This document shows, piece by piece, positions 50,798 through 61,287 of a DNA stretch of 64,000 nt. Position numbers and translations under genes: made by a program. The stretch covers positions 1 to 64,000 of the forward strand of contig JBEWZL010000191.1 of NCBI GenBank assembly GCA_045837725.1, in the 5' to 3' direction. The notes below the pieces were generated by a model that worked only from the letters and a program-made list of their open reading frames with translations, did not search any database and was not told the DNA's origin. Within the stretch, counting starts at the first letter, position 1, and each line of letters opens with the position of its first letter. This stretch comes from Vermamoeba vermiformis (lineage: Eukaryota).

Positions 50798-52552
50798 ATG
50801 GAGAAGACAAAGAAAGTTTATCCAACTAAAATAAGCGCTATTGTTATTGGACCCCGAAAAAGCGGGAAAAGAACACTAATTAATCGGATATTTAAATTAT
50901 TCGTTGAATCTAAGCGAGGTACATTTTAAAACAGATCTGCTAAGTTTTTAAATTTAATTATTTAATTGGTACGCGCATTTGTTATTTAATTATTAAATAA
51001 TTACACTACACTCGATATTAACATATTTTAAAATAATAGCGGCTGCTAAACCCGAGCCCGAATATGGCTACGACAGGCTATTAACAGATCTTGATAAAGA
51101 CCAAGGCGTTGATCCAGCACACGTTACAATCTATACAAAACGATATTATATATCTATCAATCACTTAGTTGGACATCGAAGATTCATTCGCTCGTTGGCA
51201 AAACAAGCTCCGGATGTGAGTTTTTCTTCAAAGTTTTTACCTCCTGGAGGGCCTTTAATTATTATAATCCTAATTTTAATTATTTAATATGATATTATGT
51301 GCCATTTTAGTCAGCCCAGCGATAGATTATCAGCCAACAAAATTAATTAATATTTTTTTTTATCGAAGGTTGCTTTTCTTGTTGTATCAGCTGTAGCAGA
51401 AGAATTCGAAGAAAATCGAAAAGATATGATCGACCAATTAAGTATTAACAGCTATTTTGGCATTAAGAGCGTGATAGTACTTGTCACAAAAACGGATCTG
51501 ATCCAGCAAGATCCGGTTCGATTTTCTGAGATTGAAACATTTATTGACCATGAAATAACATCGAAAAAGTATGTGCTTGCCGAGTACTATATACTGTATA
51601 TAATTAATTATATTTCATGCAATACAGAATGAAATTCAAGTTCGTCAAGTACGTGCCTGTCAGTGGTACCGCTTCAGGTCTGAATCTGGCTTCAAAAACA
51701 CATTTAACAGAGTGGTACACTGGTCCTGCATTTATAGACCTTCTCGATGATATTCCGCCGAGAATTAATCGCGACGAGGATCTGCCAACTCGATTTTCCG
51801 TCGAAGAAATGTACAAGATTGGTATAGAATTTTATCAATTTTATGATGTTCAGTGAACCAGAATTTAACGTGCATTTGCAGAAGGCATCGGCTACATTGG
51901 CACGGGCAGACTTTTAACGGGAAGATTGACGTCAGGGTGACCAAATTATAGTCTCGCCTGGGCAGTGGTTAACGACCCTCAAAGCGATTGAAAATCATCA
52001 CGATGAGTTGTCAGTGACTGCAGGCACGTCTATCGGTGTATATATAGCGCATTATGGCAAAGATTTGAGAAAAGGACACGTGATTGGACATCCTTATGAT
52101 TGCCCGCCAAAGTCTGTCAAAGATTTTACGGTCTTGTTATGTACGTTCATGAATTCTGAATGATATTTCCTTTTATGGTAACCTTACATCTCGCTCTTGC
52201 TAACCCTATCTTTGCAGATGTAAATAAGTTGCCTAATTTGTTCGTCGTGGATCAAGTGCTCGAGGTCAAATGTCACAATGCGCTGGTCAAATGTAAAATC
52301 GCAGAATTGATTGGCAAAGTTGATATAATGTACGGCACGACGAGCACTTTGAACGATCAAAAAGTGGAAAGCAACGGATATATCCTAGTCAAGTTTGAGG
52401 TGGTAGATCCGGTGTCCTTGGAGCTGTACGCCGATTTCAAAGATTTAGGAAAAGTCGTTATTCAAGACGGCGATGGATTGATTGCCAGTGCCATAGTCAT
52501 TAGTGTAACGAACGAAGACAAACCATTTCAAAAACAACCACCTGGAAAATAA
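50798..52552 (+). CDS. Highly divergent eEF1A/HBS1/eRF3-family translational GTPase homolog (one apparent frameshift)
   Basis: IVIGPRKSGKRTL, GHRRFI, VAFLVVSA, YVPVSG..GLNL..WYTGP, DLPTRFSVEEMYKIEGIG..GR, KAIENHH, and domain III FKDLGKVVIQD. There is an extra G at 51935-51937. Confidence 0.78.
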
Positions 52553-52885
52553 CCCAGACCGTCGCAGTTATTGTAAAGCAGATTCGCTTCTAACCCACAC
52601 AAACTCTATGACTTACTCGTATTATTCTAACTACGCGGCCGTAAGAATGTCTTAGACGAGAAGCCCTTTCAGAGTTGCAAAAAAGGCATCGGAGGTTTTC
52701 GGACCTGCCTACAAGTGAGGGACATAAATTTCGTTTATTTGAAGAATAAAACCCTCTTGTAACGCTTATGTACACAAAGCAATATAACCTCACATCATGA
52801 GCAACATATCACCTGATCTCTTGTTGGTTGCATAAGACTTTTTTATGTACAATAAACATCTACAAATCGATATTGCCAATTCGTT

Positions 52886-55288
52886 TTACACATCATATTC
52901 CTTTTCTTCTTTCTCTGGTTGACCTTTATCGTGCAACGAGACCTTAATCAACTTATTCAAGAACTCTTGCATAATTTTCATATTCTTCTCGAGCTTGTCA
53001 TCCATAATCTTTTTCTCGCGTTCAGTTGTAGCGTAACCCTGCGCCTTCGCGGATGACCATTTCAGTCTCTAACTGGCCCTCGACAAAGTGCGTGATGAAT
53101 TGGACGGGTGTCAAGTCCATGTCAGGGAACTGCGTCTTGATGAGGTTAACGCCTGTGTCAATGGCGTACTTGAGTCCACCGTTCTCTTTCACTTCAATGT
53201 ACAGCTCATTGGTGCAATTCCAAACGATATTCTTCAACAACTTTTCATTGTCTAAATATCAACGGTTAATCTTATGTTTCTAAAAGCAAGAATTCGGGTT
53301 ATTTTTACGTACTAAAGATGACGCTGACGGAAGTACTGTTGTCAACTTGCATCGTGAAGATTGGCACGGACACGTTCAATGTGACGTTGGTGCATTCAAT
53401 CATCTCCAAAGTGCTCGTCAAGATACCGGCATTGATGTTCAACACGAGGTTGTCGCATCGCTCTGTGAAATTGATCAAGTTAATAAAAGTTCATCAGATC
53501 CGCCTCAAAAAAGTGACACGTGTCAAAGTGACGATTGCACGAGACTTACCAATGATGACTTTAGTGCACTTGTTGTTGATATCAAACACGGAGTTGTTGC
53601 TGTGCTTAATGTACAACAAGTCCTTGATGGTGTATCCGTCCAGCTTGATGTTTTGACCGCTCTGTTGGTCCACCAAGAACATTCCTCGGCCTGCAATCTT
53701 GTTGACAGGCACTGGAAGGGGTTGACTTGGCGCTGAAGCATTGACGGGCTTTGGAGCCACGGTCTCTTTCTTCGGTTGTTCGCGACTCTTTTTGATGTCT
53801 TCGATCTTCTGCAAGTGCATCTTTTCGATCTGTTCTTTAGTCCGCAGTTGATAGACCATGCCTGTAGGTGTGCTGACTAAGTGCTCGACATTCAGCTCTT
53901 GCAACAACAAGGTCATAAAATCATCGGTCGTGCATCGGACCAACATGGCAGCTTCAGAGTCGTCTAAGATAGGACAGTATATTAGTATATGTATTGTATT
54001 ATTATTAAGGGTCGTAGTGTCACTTACAAGGTGTCTTCTGAAGGTTCACAATGACCATTTTACCACCGTTTTTCTTGCCGTAAGTTGGCAACTCGCACGC
54101 AGGTCTGACGCGCATAGAAGTACCCATTACAATCGACAAATCAGCTGCTTTTGATTGGTTGACGGCGTTGGTGAGTTCTTTTTCGGGTAAATTCTCGCCA
54201 AAGTTAATAATGCTGTCCACTAAAATAAAAAAAGTTTAGATCAGATCCGACCCAAAATGTTAAGTAGTATAACATCGATTGCGTCAATAATATGCTTAAG
54301 TTATATTAAAAGAGTTATACATACTCAAATCACCATCGCATCCAGGCTGGGTGCATTTATTGCCAGTCACGTGATCGTGGCCATGACCTGGTCTGCAGAC
54401 ATCGTGGTCACGCAAGTACTCAGTTTTGCACTTTCTGCATCGCTCTAAGTAAGCATTGCCGTGAAGCTCTGCCAACTATAATACCAATGAGTCACATTGT
54501 TTGATTTGTAATAGCGGATCTGACATACTTTTTCACGAGGGAAGCCGGATCTCATGTGTAAGCCGTCAACGTTTGTGCTAACGATGTATTTAAGCAGACC
54601 TTGCTTTTCAAGTTGAACAAGGCTCATATGGCAGATCTGCGTATTATTAGAAATGAACTAAGCGTTTAACGGAATTTTACTTACGGTTGGATGGATTTCT
54701 TCAAGACTTTTAGTAAAATGCGGTTTAAGACCTTGTGCAGCCAATGTCCATACTCCATTAGGACCTCTATAATCAGGCAAGCTCGTGGATGTTGAAACAC
54801 CAGCGCCTGTGTAAACTACAACGTGTTTGGCCGCGCGGATCAGCTCAGCAAGTTCTTTGACCTAATAAAAATTTGCAAAAATCAGATTATGGCTCTATTA
54901 TACTTAGTGATGCTAAAATGTCATTCGAATGCGAATTAACAATATTTCTCCATTTTTGTACGATTTTTCAATTTCGCTCGTAAATTCAATCTGCCCAAGA
55001 CGCACCTTTTTATAAAGAACAGAAGGCTCATCGAAATATTCTGTAATATCTTCATCAGGGCCAATTGCATATCGGCCGCCAGGAGCTGGAGGAGTTACGG
55101 ATACGCTGTGTCGCACGACCTAACAGAATTCGGTTAGTGTGCAGCTTAAACATTACAACCAATAATCAACAGTACTTCAAAGTGAATAAATTATGAATGT
55201 TTAAATTGCGATATCTTACTGTCTGGGTTGGCTTCAGCTTGTCTTTCTGAAATCCAACAAGCTCGCTAAACAAACCGTCTTTTTCCAT
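52886..55288 (-). CDS. Fusion of a WH2/thymosin-like motif, a class IV (SIRT6/7-like) sirtuin and a C-CAP (cyclase-associated protein C-terminal) beta-helix
   Basis: Exon 1 [23 protein letters not shown]; sirtuin [31 protein letters not shown], Zn Cys pairs, FGENLP, GTS and VNLQKT; then [38 protein letters not shown]. Removing an extra base at 53037-53039 restores GYATTEREK...DV*. Confidence 0.86.
53514..53525. repeat. Intronic palindrome TGACACGTGTCA
   Basis: Read directly in the intron interrupting the C-CAP domain. Confidence 0.6.
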
Positions 55289-55578
55289 TTTTTATTGTTG
55301 TGTGGTTATCTTATGGTAGTGAATGTTGAATAGTAAAGATCTTCGTAATTTTAAATAGAGGTAAAAAAAGCTTTTTTCGATTAATTTCTGCGAAATTCAC
55401 TTTTGTACAGGCTACGCAAATGGGAGCCGTTAGCCTTATTTCATTGAAACTATGATGACAGCACATCTAGCGAAACAGAAATTGTGAACGGGCGGTCTCA
55501 AGGTAGAATTTTCTTTTACTTACAGATCTTCCCTGATCTTTGTCTGCTAATTACAAAATTGACAATAGTACTACCAAA

Positions 55579-58415
55579 CTACTCTCTTGAATATATATTC
55601 ACAAATTTTTCTTTGGATGCGCCTAAGCTGACGATCGCTAAGTATTTGCCATCACCGCTCAACGCAATGCTATCGACTTTACGACCAGCGTCGATAGTAG
55701 ACGATGCCTATAATAAGTTGAATATAGTGAGGTACAAAGACTTAAAAAAACGCAACTCTGTTCCGTAGCCGGCAGCAGATTAGAAACGTACCGTGGATTC
55801 AGTGCTCCAAAATTTGACGTTGTAGGCGCCATTACTGACTATGAATCGGTTATTAACATTTAATTGCGTTGACGCGGTAGCAGGCAAGCCGTGGAACCTT
55901 CGCATGATTGTTCCCTGAACGTAATCCAGTTCAACAACGGTATTTTCGCCTTGAGAACAAGCAAATAATCGCCCTCCAGCAAATGCTATCGACTGACACC
56001 TATTAGATATGAGAATATTAGCCGTTATGTCGTTGGCAAAAGAAAACTGCAGATCCAAGTAAGCGCAGATGTGGATGTTGGACGTACACAAAAGGTGCCT
56101 TGAAGCAAGCGAATTTGTTGATAATGACAGGATTTGTTATGGGATCGTAGACAGGGAACATCCACACGTAGAGGAACTCGTTGGATACTGAGAGAAGTAC
56201 CGGCAAGTGCTCGTAGTTCATCATGCACAATTGTGTCGCGGACTTCTGAGGAGGAAAATTAGGCTATATATTCTACCTATATTATAAATCATACCGAGCG
56301 ATACTTACAGTGTGACCCTCGAACTTCCAAACCAAATCTTGAGTATCAATATCATAGCCATGAATAGAATTATCGGCTGAAACTATCAAGTACGATTTTG
56401 TTCGTTCATTGAACCTGAAACGAAAAATAATTGGTCAATTTTTTGGACCACGAAATAAGCGGCTTTTAATTGACTTACGGTAACATCGCAATGACAGCAC
56501 TGCCAATCTTTGCGTTAATTTTAACAGAGTTGTATTTTTGTATCGAAAATTTGGCTTGCGTAATGTCCTCGTTCTCGTCAAAATTATCTCCGACATTACT
56601 GTGGAACTCATATATCACTACTTCATTATGATTCGACGGTATTAACGCTGTAAACAAGACATTAGCAAGACGTACCATAGGCCGTTTCAAGCTTACCAAA
56701 AAATCTTCCGTCATTGGACCAAACGATAGATTTGCTATTGTACATTGTTCCATCGCTATCACCGATTTGATCGTCGATCAATATTTGCTTCGTTCTATAT
56801 AAGTTCACACACGACAGTCCGTGATCTTTCGAGTATCCTAGCAACACGCCAGAAAACTTCGGGTGGAATGAAATCACATCGGGAATGACGTTGTTAGGCC
56901 ACGTGATATCTGCACGCAATAAATGCTCGGGGAAACTCGACCTTGTCTTCCTCTTTTTGACAGGTGGTTCGTATTCGTTGGCTTGACTCGTCTCACTCTC
57001 ACGCGTTCGTTTTACACTGGTAGTCGGGGGCATCATTGTTAATCCTGGGGGTGACGCAGGGCCTCGTCCTTGATTTTTGTACGCCTAGCGATCACGTGAC
57101 CGTTAGTACCATTCACTGAACGAAATCCACGCTCACAAGGCGCGACTAAACAGCTCAATTTAGTCTCGAAGAAACACGCTCGATAAGTATTACTTACACT
57201 GTTACCATTGCTAGTAGTGTTGGTATTGGTACCATTGCTATTATTGTTATTAGTATTGTTGGGAGTTGAAGGCACCGAGAGCTTCTTGGGCAGCGAAGGT
57301 TCAAAGCAGTAGTTGCCATAAGCGGGATTGGGCTCGTTGCATTTGTGATCGACAAACAACGTGTTGACGACTGTCGGCTTGTTCTTTGAAACACAACACG
57401 TGACTTGAAACGAGATTGCCTGATTTAGAAGTGTTCGTAGTCTCTTTGGATCGGGAATGTGTGGTTTGGTTATTTTAGAACTGAGCTGCGGGATTTTTTC
57501 TTTGAGATATTTTTCTAAGGTTGGAAACGCTTCAATTCTCATTTCTTTTGCTGAACTATGCCATTTGATTGTAGGATGTTTCCTAATATGGTAAAAAATG
57601 TTTATTCGATTGGATTCTTTGAAAGATAAATATGGTAAGTAATTACCGAAAATCGTCAAAGTGGAGTAAGGTCGACCATTCATTGAACGACTGCGCGCCA
57701 CTTGAAGTAGGCTCATAATTATTTTCATCGAGTTCGTAAAATGTCCAAAACTCTTCTTTTAATATTTTAGCCGCTATTGCTTTATCTCCTCTATAATTAA
57801 ATAATTCGTTATTAAACCGGAATTTGTGTAGCAATTTTCTGACTCTGATTAGTAGTCGTACTTACTTATCTAGCGCGTCGAAGAATTTATGACGTAATAT
57901 TTCGAAATAAAATCGCGTATTTTCTTCTTTCGTTAAAAAGCATTTAAGATAGTTTACGAGCTCGATCCATTCGCCATCAATAAACAATTGCTTCAAATAT
58001 TTCAGATCGAAATAATATTTAGCATCTTTTTCCAACCTATTACGATAAATTAATAATTAAATATTGATTGTAGGTGTTTAGTTCTAATTTCCAGATTCGT
58101 CGTATCGAAATAAATTAAATTAATTTGAACTCTAAGTGGTAATTTGTTATTGCAATATATATGCTAAATATTAATTTTTCGTAATTAAATGAATTTTGTA
58201 ACTGGATGTCCGCGCTGTATCCGTACAAAGCCAACTTACGCGTGAACTGCATCTTTGTAGCCTGCATTATCCAAATATTGCAAGATCAGCCCTATAATAT
58301 CCTTTTCCAAAGCCTCTACAGGAAGATTTTTAACTGGAGACGCCTTCGGTTTGTCTGATCTACGAGATGTGGAAGCGTCTCGTTCGTAGCTATCGCTTTC
58401 ATATTCGCTCTCCAT
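55579..58415 (-). CDS. TOPLESS-like LisH-CTLH-CRA plus WD40 protein
   Basis: DIIGLILQYLD..YKDAVHALEKDAKYYFDLKY..GEW..YL..FEILRHKFFDALD..RLRTLLNQAISFQ..TLFVDHKC parallels the TPL N-terminal domain; WD40-like exons follow. Confidence 0.8.
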
Positions 58416-58506
58416 TGTTGCTCATAGTTAATACATTCATAAAATTAAATTAACACCAACTTTCTGCGGCAAGCTTTTAAATTAAATAAATTTTATTATT
58501 TACATT

Positions 58507-60954
58507 TTACAGGTGGTTATCTTCCTTCCACAACAAAATAGCCTCTTTCAAGCCATAGGAAAGTTCGTCTAACGAATCATTTTGATACAATTTGATCTCT
58601 TCTGAGATATCCGTTGCCAAATTGTTCCTCAAAGTCGCAGCTTCTCCGTCATCCCGACTAACAACACCAGTCAAGTTGTAAGTCTGCAACAACTCCATCA
58701 TCTTCGCGTATATTTGACCTTCTTTAGTGGCACTCATATCAACGCCAGCTAATTTAATCGCTCTCTTCAACATGTGACGAGCAGGATCTGACGATGATTC
58801 TTGTTCAGACATGTACTTTGAAGGGTTCTGGTACACGTCCAGTGGCGAAGGAGACGAGAATGCACCGCCATCCTTTGGTGGGGGCGGCGCGTCTGTAGCA
58901 TTGCCATAGTACATAGGCTGTGGGTCAATTACGTGGGACTGTGGCTGGGGTTGAATCACGTGCTCTTCAGGTGGTACGATCACGTGACTTGGCTGCACGA
59001 CGTGTTGAGGCTGAGGGTTGATATCGATCACGTGATTGTTGTAGATATTGGGCTGAGCAGGGGGTGGAATCACGTGAACAGGATCGACCACCACGTGGCT
59101 TGGCTGCGGATCCACATTGATCACATGAGGCATCTCGGTCTTAGTCTCCGCAGGCTTCTTAGTTGACGACGATGATGAGCTGCCCGATGATGACGTACTC
59201 GATGCTCGTTCGCGATTTCGCATTTCTTGGACCTCGAGGGGGACTTCTGGTTGAAGTCCAATCTCAGCACGTGCTCCAAAGTCTTCTCGTGGTTTTCTCT
59301 CTTTGACAGGCCTCTCAGGCACCTTCCATAACAAGGCTACTAAAGTGATCATGAAGAACAATCCCGCGAGCAACATGAAAACAAACGAGGCAATGCCCCA
59401 CCAAAACTGCACTTCCCACAAGTACCATTCATTGGCAGCTGCACCAATCACTCCAATGCAAAATTGTTGCGGCAAGCAAATGATAGTGAAGGCTTTGTAC
59501 GAGCGCTGAAAATGTCCATAACTTGTGCTAAGCAAGTCATCGGCCAGGAACCACGTCACAGCGAGAATAGCGATGTTAAACGCCACGGAGATGAACATGA
59601 GGCCAGTGAATGGATAGACGAAGCCGAGAATATGGGTGTTGAGCACAAAGAGGATCCAACCAAGGAACAAAAGAATGTAGGCTCGCACATCCAATCGTCT
59701 TGATTCCTTTCGGCATTGGACGAGCAACGCAAGGCAAAATACGAAGAGCATCAAGCCAGTGCTTACAACAGTCAACACTACTGGCATGGCAACTTCACGA
59801 GCTAGATCCGCCAGTTGATTAGTAAGTTTTATCGATCGGAAGTCCTTATAAGACGCACCTTCGATTGTTCCAAAGTTGTCAGAATCAGACAGTGCATTGA
59901 CTCTAGCAAATGATATTGATGCGTCGAGCGCTGCAAGGCCCAAATTGGCCGTGTTATTAGAGTTATCGAGATCGTACTGACAACCTAAAAAAAAATTAAT
60001 TAATTATAATTATTAAGCAATAGGTATTATACGTCTAATTATTATCAGTGCTTTGGTACACAATAATAGAATTCTAATTTCAATTTTCCGATTTTTAGTT
60101 CTAATTTAACCTACCCAACTGGAATTCTTCGGGTAATTTGCTGCAAGCTGAATAAGAAACGATCGATGGATAGCCAGGTACTGATACTTCAGCGGTGCAA
60201 GTGTTATTCTGGGTGCAAATTCCTTGGCTGACATCCGCCAATCCGGTTCGAATTGAAACCGACATGTATCTTCCGGATTTTCTTATAATTAAGTCCGTAT
60301 TGACTGCCAATAAGTTGATTGCTGCTTCCGTCGTATTTTGAGTAATAGTAATCAAATGGGGGAACCATCCTTGGGCCGGGATTCGTCGCGCATCCCAGTC
60401 ATCCTTTGAATACCAGGTTCTGGAATAAACAGCGCATCCATGATAATCAAATCTAATACCAGTAATTCCAGGATATAATATGCCGGCAGTAACGCGGTCG
60501 TCGACGGTGGTGTTGGTGAGCGCCGTAATGGTAAAGTATTCGTTGGTTAATAATATCGTTGAATTTTGTTGAGGGCAAAGCAGCACAGTACTATTAAAAT
60601 CAATAGTATGATAAATGCCCCATACTGAGCATGTTTGTCTTGCTTCTGCTACTTGCGTGGGAACCGTTGAGCAAATCGGGCACGATCCTGGTCGAAATAG
60701 CTTCGGAACGAAAGTATGAATAGCATCCCTGTATTTCGTATCCAAGACATGAGGCATCTAAGCATTGAGATAAGCCATAAGCGTTGGAACAAAAATCGGA
60801 ATTCGAAGGATCCACATTAAACTCGGCAAGGCAATCACTATTTACGGTGTTAACTGCCTCGGAGCAGCCTGTATGTGCCTGTGTCTACCGCGTCTTGCTG
60901 GTACGAAAGGCCAAATAAAATAAATATGAAAAAGACTGCTGTTGTTGTGCCCAT
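58507..60954 (-). CDS. RGM/vWD-like ectodomain multipass membrane protein, paralog A (two apparent frameshifts in exon 1)
   Basis: Signal peptide MGTTTAVFF..QQDA, CSVWGIYH and FQLGCQYDL, about 5-6 TM segments, HVI-repeat Pro/Gln region, C-terminal LSYGLKEAILLWK. Collinear with paralog B. Confidence 0.75.
58925..59125 (-). repeat. Coding tandem repeats (H-V-I/V-x-P-Q-P)
   Basis: Repeated CACGTG codon pairs encoding HVINVDPQPS, HVVVDP, HVIPP, HVIDINPQPQ and HVIQPQPQS. Confidence 0.7.
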
Positions 60955-61287
60955 CTTCGCAGTGCGTAATAAATAACCAAACAAATTCAATTCAAGAAGA
61001 ACACAACTTACTCACTGTGCACCGTAAATTACGCTGACTATTAAGCAGACTACGGTTCGTTCAAACGATGCCTTCTTGAGGAATCAAATAAAGGTAACGT
61101 CACGCCATCCAAAAAATCATTAAATTCAAATTTAATCAAATATGAGGCACGCAATCTCTCGTGCACGTATATTCGTACTCGTATTTTCAAAAACATGTCA
61201 ATTTTAAAATTGCTGATGTAATTTGCAACGGTCTTCTAATTGATTAAGTTTCCTTTATTTTACAACGTCTTTATTAAGACAACTATG

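Noticed and set aside
50620-50800. Possible Ubl-eEF1A-like fusion by splicing
   Set aside because: The available GT donor and the CAG acceptor before 50798 are out of phase.
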